Positions 40,731-55,066 of a stretch of 64,000 nucleotides of DNA are shown piece after piece. The stretch spans positions 44,627,175 through 44,691,174 of the forward strand of contig NC_069000.1 in assembly GCF_001194135.2 (NCBI RefSeq), read 5' to 3'. A program made the translations under genes and the position numbers. The notes beneath the pieces were generated by a model. That model ran no database searches, had not been told where the DNA came from, and saw only the letters and a program-made list of their open reading frames with translations. The number at the start of each line of letters is the position of its first letter. The stretch's first letter is position 1. The stretch is from Octopus bimaculoides. Taxonomy: Eukaryota.

Positions 40731-40956
40731 TCAGAGAAATTAATGGTTGTTTATGAATAGTTAATGTATGCCTTCCAGACTGTAATAGCTTTAGTCTCAG
40801 ACCTGATCACTTGCCTGACAAGTACAGTCCCAATGCATACACACACACACACACACACACACACAAGCACATATATACATACATACATACACATACACAC
40901 ATATGTATGTATGTATATACATATATATATATATAAGTCAGTAACTAGTGGGGTTG

Positions 40957-41016
<60 letters not shown>

Positions 41017-41691
41017 NNNNNNNNNNNNNNNNNNNNNNNNNNNNNNNNNNNNNNNNNNNNNNNNNNNNNNNNNNNNNNNNNNNNNNNNNNNNNNNNNNNN
41101 NNNNNNNNNNNNNNNNNNNNNNNNNNNNNNNNNNNNNNNNNNNNNNNNNNNNNNNNNNNNNNNNNNNNNNNNNNNNNNNNNNNNNNNNNNNNNNNNNNNN
41201 NNNNNNNNNNNNNNNNNNNNNNNNNNNNNNNNNNNNNNNNNNNNNNNNNNNNNNNNNNNNNNNNNNNNNNNNNNNNNNNNNNNNNNNNNNNNNNNNNNNN
41301 NNNNNNNNNNNNNNNNNNNNNNNNNNNNNNNNNNNNNNNNNNNNNNNNNNNNNNNNNNNNNNNNNNNNNNNNNNNNNNNNNNNNNNNNNNNNNNNNNNNN
41401 NNNNNNNNNNNNNNNNNNNNNNNNNNNNNNNNNNNNNNNNNNNNNNNNNNNNNNNNNNNNNNNNNNNNNNNNNNNNNNNNNNNNNNNNNNNNNNNNNNNN
41501 NNNNNNNNNNNNNNNNNNNNNNNNNNNNNNNNNNNNNNNNNNNNNNNNNNNNNNNNNNNNNNNNNNNNNNNNNNNNNNNNNNNNNNNNNNNNNNNNNNNN
41601 NNNNNNNNNNNNNNNNNNNNNNNNNNNNNNNNNNNNNNNNNNNNNNNNNNNNNNNNNNNNNNNNNNNNNNNNNNNNNNNNNNNNNNNNNNN

Positions 41692-41723
<32 letters not shown>

Positions 41724-42144
41724 AATATGTGTGTATGGAAATATGGAACATAATTATTACAGATTTGTAATTAATAATTAAGAAAAAATGTATGAAAGCC
41801 ATAAATTACACATTTTTTGAAAAATCTGTTCAATGGTTAAATTAAAATTGTGTGATTAAGATAAACACATATAGTTTGTTGGGAAAAATAAACAGCATTT
41901 TGTTTTAATCTCTTTTATATAAATAAATGACAAATTTATATAAATCTTTTTAGATACAAAAATTTATATCAAAATATTCCAGTATATTCTCCAATATACT
42001 ATAGAAATAATTCATATAATCACACACATATTACTCATTCAATCGTACACGCTTACACACACACATAGAATCTTGTAAGTTTGATGGATACAAACTAAAC
42101 CACAAGAATATAAGTTATTATTTTCTTCGCTTTTGACACAATTT

Positions 42145-42305
42145 TTACTTCCATCCTTGGAGTTCTTTATGCACTGTCATCATTTTCCTAGTTTTCCTAC
42201 CAAGAGTTTCTAATTCGTTTTTCCTCCATTTAATAACTCCTGCCCCATAGCACATGAGGGACATGTTATGCTCTAGCACCTGATCTTTTTGGATTGGAAA
42301 ATCCC
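42145..42305 (-). mobile_element. R4/Dong-like LINE internal fragments
   Basis: WDFPIQ (RLE region) and YGAGVIKWRKNELETLGRKTRKMMTVH (RT thumb region) segments. Confidence 0.6.
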
Positions 42306-44489
42306 AGACGATTTTACTATATATATATGTGTGTGTGTGTAAACATATGTGTGGGGGTGTATACATATATGTATATTATATTATATTATATCATATTATA
42401 TTATATATTTGTTTAAATATTCTTTTAAAAAACAAGTTTAGTTCAGATTTAGAATTGTACATTTAATATTTTCTTCTATATAATTCACAAGTGGCGTTCA
42501 ATAAATATAGTTTTAATACAATGATAACATTAATCAATGATAAATTAAGAAACTGTTAATCATTTTGCTAGAGGTCATATATAAAATTCATTAAAATCCA
42601 TAATTATAAAGAAATGCTAATAAATTCAATGAATTATTTTTCAGTTTGGTTGTTGTATTTTTTAATATGAATATGTCATTTAAGCACCATTTTAATTTTG
42701 ATTATTAAAACTTCATTACCTGATACAAGAAAAGAAGATTCAATTAGAAATTAGGAGGTAAATTTTTTTTAAATATCAGTTTTACATTACACTTTTCCTG
42801 TTTTAAAACCTTTTTCAATGAATTTTTTCTTCCTTTGTTGAATTTTAAACTTAATATAAGTTATACTTGCAACTTTTAACAGAGATTTTTTTTAAATGTT
42901 TAACGCAGTCTGGTAGGTAGATAAAAGATTTCACACATGTAGAATTTATTTTCCATGTCTTCGTATTATTCCAAATTTATTTTGTAGTTTGTTCACTTTT
43001 ATTGTCATTTCTCAGAGGAAAATAAAAAAAATTGACAATTTTAGACAAATTATAAGATTATTATAAAATTTATGAAAACATTTACAATCTATGAAATTAT
43101 TTTAGTGTTTACAAAATTAATTACGGTTAAACAGTTTAGTAAATTGGTATATTAAACAGATTAATTAAGCATTAATTAGGTAGTATGAATTAGCAATAAT
43201 GTTTGATGATGTTTAATAAATTTATTAAGATCATTCTAAGATTGTTACTAATACTTTAAGCATAATATATATATTGTGAAGATCAAGTTGACTCGGGTTT
43301 CAAATTTTACCTATCAGCTTAAGCATGTTGTGTGTGTGAGAGAGAGAGAGAGAGAAAGAGAGATCAAGGATCCTGGATATCTGTGATGCAAATGACCCAA
43401 TCGTCTGCAACATCATCTTCAGGAAGTCAGGCCATCCTCTGACTAATCAACCAATGCAGTAGATGCCAAACAGACCACACAACAGGAAAAGGAACAAGTT
43501 CCTTGAACCATTCAAAACAACTGAGTTCATTATACTCAGATTTTGTGGAGATGCATGGCTCAGTGGTTAGGGTGATGGACTCATGATAGTTAAATCATGG
43601 TTTCAATTCCCAGACTATACTATTTCATACTATTTTATAGCAAATAGTTATGAAAAAAGAAAACACATACAATGCTCATTTATTTTCATAAAAAAAAACG
43701 TAAAAGTTACAATATAAGTATTATTATAGTTATGATAAACATATTATGATTAATGACACTGATAATATCAAAAATGAGGCTAACTAATTAAAGTGCTAAT
43801 AATTTTAATGAATTAAGTATTCATAACATTGATGTGAAACTAATTGTATACCTACTTTTGCACACATACACACCCTGTATATCTTTATATATACATTTGT
43901 TAATTTCCTGAGGATGGGGGGGGGGTCATAACCCCAAAATATTGAATGCAAGGTAAGTCTACATTAATTCATGTATTTGTTTTCTTGTGATTTGCCTTGC
44001 ATTTACTTCACATTGTTCTGGCCTTACCCACAATCCTTCATACAATATATATATATGTTTATTTGGGCTTTTGATGTCAATTTGTATATAAAAATAATTC
44101 AACATTAAACTTAATATTTTATAGAAGAATACAAATGTATTAATTTTTGCAAGAAGCAAACCAAAACTCCAAAGTCACAGTCAACCTTTTCCTCAACAAC
44201 ATATATATGTACACACTAGTTTTTAAAAAAGTTAAGCTTTTAATCTAGATCTTTATCCTGGCCACTGCTTTAGCAAATCTAAGCTGTTGGTTTAATTAAT
44301 GATTGTTCATTTGTATTGCAAGGAAGAGAATCATTATTATTTTAGTTTTACATAAGTAATGTTAAATTTGAGTTTGGTAGAATAAAATATGTCATTTAAT
44401 CTTTATGCGTTTTTCTAATTTAACTTTTTTCTTTTCTGTTTTACTGAAGGAAAATATATAAAGAAAGAAAAGAGAGGGAGAAAGGGAGC

Positions 44490-44662
44490 CTATACATTAC
44501 CAATTTCAGAACATTTTGTGCCATAGTAACCAGTCGCACAACCTTGCTCACAGTAGCCATTATAAGGATTACAATAACCATAGCGACAATGACCACATTT
44601 AAAACAGTTGCCATGGTCTCTGTAATATCCATGCTGACAATGTCCCAAGCTGTATTGATAAT
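44490..44662 (-). CDS. EGF-like module exon M, probable last coding exon
   Basis: cttgcag| YQYSLGHCQHGYYRDHGNCFKCGHCRYGYCNPYNGYCEQGCATGYYGTKCSEIGNV*. A possible donor ATTG|GTAATG at 44501 overlaps the end, so the terminus is uncertain. Confidence 0.78.
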
Positions 44663-46098
44663 CTGCAAGAAAGAGAAGATATCAGAATCTGTCTGTGTAC
44701 CGCAAATGTGGTTGATATTGTGTGATATCATTTGATAACAGTTTAACTACCATATTTAATATAGGACATACTTTTTCCCTCCAAAAATTTTTCCAAAATT
44801 TATCCTGGGTTCTATATGTGAAGCTGTGCCTATATTGCATACATTAATGCAGTAAGCACTTTTATCCCTGAATATGTGCAGCTGAAATTGCAATGCATCT
44901 AATAAATCCATGCATCTGAAATGCCATCATATACAGCAAATTAATTATGTCATCTCTGATTTGCCAAAATTTCTTCTGTATTCTTATACTGAGAAGGAAA
45001 ATAAAGAGGCAAAATACATTGCTTAATGAATATTAATTTATTTTAGCCCTTTTCTTATAGTATTTTTGTTGAAATGCCCAAACTTGGTTTCAATTAATTT
45101 TGGAAATAAAGAACTTAGTAAAATAACTTTGTTATTATTAAGTAATTATATGGAACATAAATTAATATGAAATTTTCATGAAAGGTTTTAATCTAGCTCA
45201 ATTTAAAGCAGGAAATTGTGTTATAGAATTAAGGGTAAACTCAAGATGGTTGCTTTCAAATTAATTGGTTAAAGGATAAGTGCCTGGAAGAAATTAGCAA
45301 ATGTTACTGTGAGAAATATGGTAAGGACACAACAATATTCTCTGAGTGGTCTACACTCTCTGAGTGGTTGGCATTAGGAAGGGCATCCAGCTGTAGAAAC
45401 TCTGCCAAATTTAGATTGGAGCCTGGTGTTGCCATCCGGTTTCACCAGTCCTCAGTCAAATCATCCAACCCATGCTAGCATGGAAAGCGGACGTTAAACG
45501 ATGATGATGATGATGATGATGATGATTTATTTATTTTTAATGGCTCTGTCAAAGAAAGAAGGATTGTGCCTAAGATATTTTATCAGAACCTCCAAAACTG
45601 ATGGATGGAAGGAAGAAATTATCCACAGATCAGAAAGAATACCTGTTCTGGATGCCTGCATCAGAGAAGACTCAACTAAATATACCTAAGAGTGTTAAAC
45701 CTGTCAACAAATTAGGTATAACACATAAAATTATATATAAATACAGACAAGTATATATAAACTATATATTGTTATCAACCAAACTTCACATGACGCACTG
45801 CCAAACACTCAATGTAACAAATATAGAGGTAATCTATGATTTTTTTTTTCTAATTATAGAATCTAGTTAGTTAATATTACTAATCGTTTCACAAGTCATT
45901 CAAAGAAACTGAGCTCATATTTGACCCTTCATCTGGTTTAAAATCACAACCAGGCTCTTGAGTATTTTTAGAAGAGTTCATCCAGTCACAAGAATACTTT
46001 GAGGAAATGTGCACAGCTAAAGACCAAGTATTCAGTGCATGAAATTATAAAAATAAAAAATTCGTAAAACAGAACAAAAAGTAATACTATATAAATAC

Positions 46099-46257
46099 CA
46101 TTGCCTTGACATCTTCTGCCATAATAACCAGTTATGCAGCCATCTACACAGTAACCTGTGTAAGGGTCACACAGATTATAGAGACAGGGACCACATTTCT
46201 TACATTTTCCATGGTATTTGTAGTATCCTGGGAAGCAAGGGTTTGTGTCATAATATC
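46099..46257 (-). CDS. EGF-like module exon L (159 nt, phase 1-1)
   Basis: attacag| YYDTNPCFPGYYKYHGKCKKCGPCLYNLCDPYTGYCVDGCITGYYGRRCQGN G|GTATTT. Confidence 0.82.
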
Positions 46258-47276
46258 CTGTAATTAAATTTTATATAATTTAATATCAGTCAATGATATC
46301 CAGTCATCAGTGAAATAAGAATTAATATTGTTAATGTGACTATTATGATAACTTCAGTTAATTGAGATTATATTTATAATACATTAAGGTTGGTAATGTT
46401 TAACAAGGATTAACAAATCTTCACCACTTCTAGCCCCCCCCCCCCNNNNNNNNNNNNNNNNNNNNNNNNAATATCACAGAAATAAGGTAGACAACTTGAA
46501 ATGAAAAGAAGATAACATTTGTAGAATTTCACATTAACAAATTGTTGAGAGATGTTGAAGTTTCTGAAGCTGAGTTTAACCATGTGAATTATACCTTGGC
46601 TAAGTTTGGTCGAAAAATTTGCATTCCATTCAAAAGATGGTTCAACATCAAAAATACTACTTCATTGGAATTTAGTGTAATTACATAATTGCTATAGAAA
46701 TAAGCAACAGATCTGTAGGCTTACTGTCCCATCTTCAGTTATTCATACAAGAAAGATGTCTACAGCTGTAGGTTTGTGTTACATTCTACAGGAACATTTA
46801 ATTCTTAATAATCTAGATATGTTTCTGTTACAGAATGGAAATGAATGAATACTAGAAGGGACTGGTGTTATCTCCCTTTACATTAGAGAGTTCCTCACTT
46901 CTTTTACAATGAATGTAAACAAGGTTGTTATGATTGTAGTGATGTTGTGTGTTTCAGGACTGACTGATTGATATAATTCCATGTGATACTGCATCTTACA
47001 GGAAATTAAAAGTTAATTCCATGTAAACCCTCACCCACTAAATGCTTTGTACAACCACAGTTAACAACTGCTCCCTTGTATACAGAAAATAAATAGTGCA
47101 AGGCTATTGCCTATTTAGTCCTATGTAAATCCAGGAATAATAACCAGTCCCTTTTATGTAGGACATATGAGGTATGAAGCCCTCAATTACTTAATACCTT
47201 GTAAATCCAGAGATAACAACTGGTCCCTTTTATGTAGAGTATATATGTGGCATGGAGATAAAAAGCTATACCTTAC

Positions 47277-47435
47277 CTATATTATAACACCTTGAGCCAC
47301 GGTAGCCATTTTCACAACCTCCTTTACAATAGCCATTGTAAGAATTACAGTAACCTTGGAGACAGTAACCACATTTCCTACATTTTCCATTGAACCTGTA
47401 GAATCCTAAGTGGCATTTCTGTTTTCCATAATAGT
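47277..47435 (-). CDS. EGF-like module exon K (159 nt, phase 1-1)
   Basis: tttacag| YYGKQKCHLGFYRFNGKCRKCGYCLQGYCNSYNGYCKGGCENGYRGSRCYNI G|GTAAGG; matches ORF 47266-47451. Confidence 0.85.
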
Positions 47436-47514
47436 CTGTAAAATATTTCAAGACAATAAATGTACCATGATGGACATAATGTGGAGAGTTATGCTGTGGT
47501 CAAATTGTAAATAG

Positions 47515-47697
<183 letters not shown>

Positions 47698-48222
47698 CTT
47701 TCAACTATAGGCTCAAGGCCTGGATTTTCTAGCAAGGGGGACAGTCAATCACATCAACCCCAGTATTCAACTGGTACTTAATTTATCGACTCCCAAAGGA
47801 TGAAAGACAAAGTCAACCTTATCAGAATTTGAACAAAGAATGTAATTAATCTCAGAAAATTTAAAATCAACAGACAATCTTTCTATCATTTTTTTTACAT
47901 TTTTAACTATTTAAAAAACATTTTTTATTTGTTTAATCCTCTTCATACCAACCCACCTCAGATTACCCCGGATTCTATTATACCAAGTTCCTGTTTTAAA
48001 GTGATCTAAATTTAAACCTTTCATTAAAGTTTCATGTCCAAAATTCAGTTTAATTATGATGATGTTATTTTGCTAAATTCATAATTATTTTAAAAGTTAA
48101 TTGACAAAAAAGACCATATACTTCAAATGAATATGGTAATGAAAAGGTTGAACAGTTTTGAGACAGGAAACAGTTAAAGGCCCTGAATAAGGGGGTCAAG
48201 CACTTAATTAAGTATTACCTAC

Positions 48223-48735
48223 CTTTATAATTACATCTCAGTCCATAATAATTCTTTGCACAACCATCAATACAGTAGCCATTGTAAGGATAGCAGCTTC
48301 CATGGAGGCAGTGACCACATTTCTGACAGATTTTACCATGTTTGTAATATCCAGCTTGGCAACCAGTATAACCAAGTCCATCACCGTAACTGTGACCAAG
48401 ATAATATTGAGGAGCATAACCTTGACCATGACCATGACCATAACCATGATGGTGGCCATAACCTAATCGGCGACCATGACCAAATCGGCGACCATGACCA
48501 AATCGGCGACCATGACCAAATCGGCGACCATGACCAAATCGGCGACCATGACCAAATCGGCGACCATGACCAAATCGGCGACCATGACCAAATCGGCGAC
48601 CATGACCAAATCGGGGGCCATAACCATGATGACGACGATAACCATGATGACGACGATATGGACGACCGTATCGAATTCCATGGTGATAACCGTGGCCATA
48701 ATGTGGTGAGTTACCATAACCATATCCATAAGAAG
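48223..48735 (-). CDS. Exon J (513 nt): 8 x (FGHGRR) repeat, Gly/His/Tyr-rich spacer and an 8-Cys EGF-like module
   Basis: tttgcag|CT TCT TAT GGA...; 18-nt repeat x8 at 48469-48612; ends GCQAGYYKHGKICQKCGHCLHGSCYPYNGYCIDGCAKNYYGLRCNYK G|GTAGGT. This frame is absent from the ORF track. Confidence 0.85.
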
Positions 48736-49410
48736 CTGCAAATAAATTCAGACGATAGAATCAGATATTATCATTTTGGGATATCATAAATAAATTATGA
48801 TGCTATAAAAACTCTCCCTACCACACTCTAGCTACCTTTACCTGAACCTACAGGTCATCACTCTGTCTCTCATCCGTCTCTTATTTACTGTATCATATAT
48901 TGTTGTTGTTGTTGGCACTCGGCCGCTTACAACGTTGAGGGTTCCAGTTGATCCGATCAACGGAACAGCCTGCTCGTGAAATTAACGCGCAAGTGGCTGA
49001 GCACTCCACAGACACGTGTACCCTTAACGTAGTTCTCGGTGATATTCAGTGTGACACAGTGTGACAAGGTTGACCCTTTGAATTACAGGCACAACAGAAA
49101 CAGGAAGTAAGAGCGAGAGAAAGTTGTGGTGAAAGAGTACAGCAGGGTTCGCCACCATCCCTTGCCGGAGCCTCGTGGAGCTTTAGGTGTTTTTACTCAA
49201 TAAACACTCACAACGCCCGGTCTGGGAATCGAAACCGCGATCCTATGATCACGAGTCCACTGCCCTAACCACTGGGCTATTGCACCTCCACGTATCATAT
49301 ACATGCTGTTTCAATAACTCTTGCCTAACCAATGTGAGGATGGAAGAAACAATGGTGGTGATGAGGATGATGTGAAATATCAATAGTTATCAACCAAAAT
49401 GTCGCCTCAC

Positions 49411-49566
49411 CGTCATAACACCTAGCTCCATAATAGCCATTGGCACAACCTCCTTTGCAAAATCCATTGTAAGGGTTGCATATTCCAGACAGGCAATAAC
49501 CACATTTCCTACACTTGTGGTGGTATTTATAATATCCTGAGTGACATTTTCGCAGACCGTAATACT
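49411..49566 (-). CDS. EGF-like module exon I (156 nt, phase 1-1)
   Basis: tttgcag| YYGLRKCHSGYYKYHHKCRKCGYCLSGICNPYNGFCKGGCANGYYGARCYD G|GTGAGG. Confidence 0.85.
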
Positions 49567-49681
49567 CTGCAAATAATTGGAAATGGTCAAATTAGTGGAT
49601 GTTGTTAGTTAAGTTGTTAAGATTTGAACAAAGATAAATGGTATTAGTGATCTATAGAATAAATAGATTAAATGATTTATA

Positions 49682-49808
49682 CAGGGTGTCCAAGAAGTCT
49701 GGGTACATGGAGTAAATATAAATATAACATAAACAATTAAATATAAGAAATAATAATTTCTTAAAGTATGCATTAATCCCCATGTACCCAGACTTTGTGG
49801 ACACCCTG
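49682..49808. mobile_element. Tc1/mariner-type MITE (127 bp)
   Basis: TA|CAGGGTGTCCAAGAAGTCTGGGTACATGG ... CCATGTACCCAGACTTTGTGGACACCCTG|TA. Confidence 0.8.
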
Positions 49809-50039
49809 TAGATTGATTTATAGGCACAGGATTGGCTGTGTGGTAAGAAGCTTGCTTACCAACCACATGGTCCCGGGTTCAGNNNNNNNNNNGGTGCTCC
49901 AGCATGACCACAGTCAAATGACTGAAACGAGTAAAAGAGTAACAGTAAAGAAACAGTGATTGGTCTATCGGAAGATTATCAGGGATGAAATATCCAGCCA
50001 AGCTGTTGCATACAGTAAATCAGCATTTGGTTTAAAGTG

Positions 50040-50096
<57 letters not shown>

Positions 50097-50289
50097 CTCT
50101 GTGGTATTGAGAGCAGAATATTTGCTGTAGCCCACCTTTTCATACCAAGACAAAAACATGTACATGATAACACTTCCAATCAGTTAAGATCAGAAGCCAT
50201 GAGAACCAGTGCTTGGTACTGCATCAGGGCACTTATTATTATTATTATTGTTATTATTATTATAATTAATATTATTATTATTTTATTGC

Positions 50290-50625
50290 CTTTGCACAGC
50301 TTCTAACGCTGGAGATGTACTATGGTGTCAGCATCTTCACTACCAGTGAACTAAGGCAACACCTCTTATCTTTCAAGCACCTTCCGGAGTATTCGAGCGG
50401 TTCCAATCAGTGCTGTTTTCTGCAAGTGCTCCACCCCTATTGCAGCCCCTATTTGTTCCATGTACATCTCAAGATTTTTACTCACTGTTCCCAGGGCTCC
50501 GACAATTATTGGTACCACTACCACCTTTTCCATCGACCACAACTGCTTAACCTCCCAAGCTAACCTGTCATATCTATCGACTTTTCTTTCTTCCTTATCG
50601 CATACCTTGTTGCCAGCTGGGCATG
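50290..50625 (-). mobile_element. R4/Dong-like LINE 3' end (RLE C-terminus)
   Basis: Manual translation KERKVDRYDRLAWEVKQLWSMEKVVVVPIIVGALGTVSKNL...LQKTALIGTARILRKVLER*; embedded in (TAA)n. Confidence 0.8.
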
Positions 50626-50651
50626 CTTTATTATTATTATTATTATTATTA

Positions 50652-50694
<43 letters not shown>

Positions 50695-51082
50695 NNNNNN
50701 NNNNNNNNNNNNNNNNNNNNNNNNNNNNNNNNNNNNNNNNNNNNNNNNNNNNNNNNNNNNNNNNNNNNNNNNNNNNNNNNNNNNNNNNNNNNNNNNNNNN
50801 NNNNNNNNNNNNNNNNNNNNNNNNNNNNNNNNNNNNNNNNNNNNNNNNNNNNNNNNNNNNNNNNNNNNNNNNNNNNNNNNNNNNNNNNNNNNNNNNNNNN
50901 NNNNNNNNNNNNNNNNNNNNNNNNNNNNNNNNNNNNNNNNNNNNNNNNNNNNNNNNNNNNNNNNNNNNNNNNNNNNNNNNNNNNNNNNNNNNNNNNNNNN
51001 NNNNNNNNNNNNNNNNNNNNNNNNNNNNNNNNNNNNNNNNNNNNNNNNNNNNNNNNNNNNNNNNNNNNNNNNNNNNNNNNNN

Positions 51083-51195
<113 letters not shown>

Positions 51196-51257
51196 GTACA
51201 TTTTCTCAAACAATAAAGCAACAAAAATACTAATAACTCAGAGTGTTAGTAATTTAC

Positions 51258-51881
51258 CTTTATAATCACATCTCGGTCCATAATAGCTTAATTGACAACC
51301 CCCAGTGCAGTAACCACTGTAAGGGTAACAGTATCCATGGAGACAGTGACCACATTTTCGGCAGATCTTGCCATATCTGTAATATCCTGCATCACAACCA
51401 GCATAACCATAACCGGGACCATATCCATAACCTTGACCATAACGAAGTCCATAACCACCAAAGCCATAGCCATGTCCATAACCGTGACCAAGATGACGAC
51501 TGTAGCGGCGGCCAGGACGACCATAATGGTGGCCAGGATGACCGTAGGGGTAACCACCTCTGGAACGATAACCATGACCATGAAGGAAACCTTGGTGGTA
51601 ACCATAAACATGACGACGACCATAACCATAACCACCACCGTGACGATAACCATGACGATGACCATGACGATGACCATGACGATGACCATGACGATGACCA
51701 TGACGATGACCAGGACGATGACCAGGACGATGACCATGACGATGACCAGGACGATGACCAGGACGATAACCATGACGATGACCATGATGATGACCATGAC
51801 GATGACCATGACGATGACCATGACGATGACCATGACGATGACCATGACGATGAACATTACTGTAGCCGTGGCCATAGGATC
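51258..51881 (-). CDS. Exon H (624 nt): ~16 x (GHRH-type) repeat, Gly/Tyr/His-rich spacer and an 8-Cys EGF-like module
   Basis: ORF 51238-51897; acceptor ttatttacag|GA TCC; donor AAAG|GTAAAT; 12-nt coding repeat; ends GCDAGYYRYGKICRKCGHCLHGYCYPYSGYCTGGCQLSYYGPRCDYK. Confidence 0.88.
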
Positions 51882-52029
51882 CTGTAAATAATTGCAAACA
51901 AATTAATTAGATTTCATTAACAAAAACACTGTCATTTCTTTACTACATAGCCATATATATATGTGTGTGTGTTATATTATGCTTGTATACATAGACATAT
52001 TTAATCTATTATTATCATTGTCATTATCA

Positions 52030-52069
<40 letters not shown>

Positions 52070-52847
52070 TATTATTATTTTTATCATTATTATTATTGTT
52101 GTTGTTGTTGTTGTTGCTGTGAGTAATTACAAACAAAGTCATAATTAAAAAAAGTGCTGAGTGCTCTCAATATATATTGTACATTAAATATTTATTTCCT
52201 TCATTGATATCAGTGCCTGGGATATTAGGATTTTCAATATTCACAGTAACCAAACTAACTGAACCTACAAACTCTTGGATTTTCATGTTACATATTAAAG
52301 TTGTAGTACTTCCATAACAATGGTATCAAGGAATTTCACTACAGAGATTTCTCCAGAGATCTAGCGAATATTTTATACTCTGTCTGCAACTCACCATTAG
52401 CTCTGTCGTTCTGTTTTTATTTGTATTATTATTTATAACTTTATATTTCTCATTCAAACATAAACTTCAATGTTTTGGATTATTATTGTATAAACTGGCT
52501 CTGTTCAAGACGGGCCATATATATGAGCACTTCCAAGCACTATTGCAAAGAATACAACTACATCGCTCTCATAGAATATTATGCAAAAGGAAATTATGGG
52601 CAAATCTACCAACATTGTATGGTCTATCTTAGGAAGAGCCATCCCATAAAATGAAATAATTTAAAACAGTGCAATTATATTGTAAATTTTATATTATATG
52701 ACAAACTTGTATTACAATAAAATGTTTTATTATAAAACTGGTGTTAAAAAATACAAACTTGTATTGTATTAATATATTATATATTTAAACTTGTAATAAT
52801 AATGTTATGTGGAAAATAAATAAGATTTCCCAATGATTATAACTTAC

Positions 52848-52895
52848 CTCCCACGGCATAACCACTCCTGCCATATTCGTGTCTAGCGGATCGAA
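52848..52895 (-). CDS. 48-nt linker exon (phase 1-1) of the EGF-repeat gene
   Basis: atatttccag|TT CGA TCC GCT AGA CAC GAA TAT GGC AGG AGT GGT TAT GCC GTG GGA G|GTAAGT encodes xRSARHEYGRSGYAVG. GC-rich island in very AT-rich intron; its G/Y/H content matches the next exon. Confidence 0.6.
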
Positions 52896-53028
52896 CTGGA
52901 AATATTTTGGTATCAAAATTAATGTTATTGTCACAAATTTGTCTTTTAGATGTTTAATGTTGCTGTTTTTCTTCTTTTTTTCTTTTTCAGTATTAGAATA
53001 TTTATGGAGAACTTTAAACAAATCGTTT

Positions 53029-53141
<113 letters not shown>

Positions 53142-54502
53142 CCTCATTGCCATCATTGCTCTAATGCTCATTTTCCCGTGCTCTCATGGGTCGTATGGAA
53201 TTTATTGAGACAGAGCTTTTTTACAGCAGGATGCCCTTCCTGTCACCAACCCTCACTTATTTTTCAAGCAAGGTAACATTTCTTCCATGACCAGAGATGC
53301 TTTTACAGAATGTAAAGAGGCATAACGAGATACTGCTACTGCTAATTTGCTTTCCTTTGTATAATATTAATAATGGCTTCTGAGCTTAACTGATTGGAAG
53401 TGTTATCATGTTCATTGTTCTGTCTTGGTATAAAAGATGGGATACAGCAAATATTCTACTCAATACAACAGATTTGCTTGTCAGTTGCTTGGATTTAACC
53501 AGTTGAGCATGGCCCTTGGTGGCTGACGATATGTGCATCTCTGATCACGAGTAGAAGTAGTGGGGGAGCATCGTAGCCATGTGTTGAGAGGAATTCTTTG
53601 GGGTTTGGATAATTCACCTTTGGAAAGATGGGTGTTTTGCTCAACATCCTTAAACAACTCTTATTAAGGGACCTTTTGAGTGTGATGGGCTAATCGACCT
53701 GAAGAAAATTCTAACTGGGGTCCACCTGCAAGGTCATGCGCTGTTTATCTTGATCCCAGTATGCAACTGGTACTAATTTATCGACCCCCGATAGGATGAA
53801 AGGCAAAGTCGACCTCGGCAGAATTTGAACTCTGAATGTAAAGACAGATGAAATACCGCTAAGCATATCGCCCAGCATGCTAATGTTTCTGCCAGCTCGC
53901 TGCCTTAATAATAATAATAATAGAATGTCCAACTTGCTGCTCTTTGAGGTCTCTGGGTGAGACGTAGAACAACTCATAAAACGAAGCAATGATAATGTAA
54001 ATAATAACACCATCATCATCATCATCATCATCATGTAGCATCTATTGTTCATGCTAGCATGGGTTGGACAATTTGACCAGAGCTGGCAAGCTGAAGAGCT
54101 GCACCAGGCTGTGATTGTCCGTTTTGGGATGGTTTCTACGGCTGGATACCCTTCCTAATGCCAACCACTTTACAGTCGGGTGCTTCTGTGTGGACTGGCA
54201 CATAATAATATTACTCATAGTGATAATAAAAATAATAATAAGTCTTTCTATTATAGGCACATGGTCTTAAATTTTGGTGGGAGGGGCTAGTCGATTACAT
54301 CAACCCCAGTGTTTGACTGGACTGGACTGGTACTTATTTCATTGAAAGGGTGAAAGGCAACGTTGACCTTAGCAGAATTTGACTCAGAATGTACAGATGG
54401 TCAAAACATTGCTAAGCATTTTGTCTGGTAACAATTCTGCTAGCTTGCCACTTTACTGATAATAATAATAATATTAATAATAATAATAACAACAACAACA
54501 CC

Positions 54503-54563
<61 letters not shown>

Positions 54564-54880
54564 CCAATAATTCTTTCATTTGTCACAGTAACACCAGATG
54601 AGTGGGAGCACAAGGCCAGCAGTTTTAATGGGGAGAATTTAGAAAATACTATCGTTCCCAGTATTAGACTGGTATTTATTTCATCAAACCCAGGGAGATG
54701 AAAGATAGAGCTAACTTTAGCAGGATTTGATCTCAGAATGTCAAAAGTGAGAACAAATACTGCAAAACATTGTTTTCTCTTACTTAACTCCTCTGCTAAT
54801 CCACTACATTTATACTAATAATATTGTTACTAATACTAAGAATAATTATGACGATGGAAACACGAGAATTCTTCACTCAC

Positions 54881-55066
54881 CTGATCGATGACACTTTTGT
54901 CCGTGCCACCCAGGTTCACAACCTCTTATACAATCACCAGTTTGTCTGTCACATGGTTGTCCATTTTTACATTGACCACATTTTCTAATTCCTTTCTGAT
55001 AGATATAATATCCAAGTGGACATGTCGTTATGGGATAACGAACCTCAGGCTTTACCACTTTATTTA
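54881..55066 (-). CDS. EGF-like module exon G (186 nt, phase 1-1)
   Basis: tttacag| NKVVKPEVRYPITTCPLGYYIYQKGIRKCGQCKNGQPCDRQTGDCIRGCEPGWHGQKCHRS G|GTGAGT; matches ORF 54873-55058. Confidence 0.85.

Noticed and set aside
48469-48612. Regular short repeats as a CRISPR-like array
   Set aside because: Contiguous tandem units without spacers, in a eukaryotic coding exon.
51243-51891. Plus-strand and alternative-frame ORFs over the His-rich exons (DDHD-rich, TM-rich, VM/VI-rich), also at 48256-48789
   Set aside because: By-products of 12- and 18-nt repeats that lack stops in several frames. Only the minus frame has splice sites and joins an EGF module.
53940-54052. MMMVLLFTLSLLRFMSCS as a possible signal-peptide exon inside the EGF array
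   Set aside because: Made of a (GAT)n tail plus a LINE 3' remnant that also occurs at ~58740; no donor site seen.
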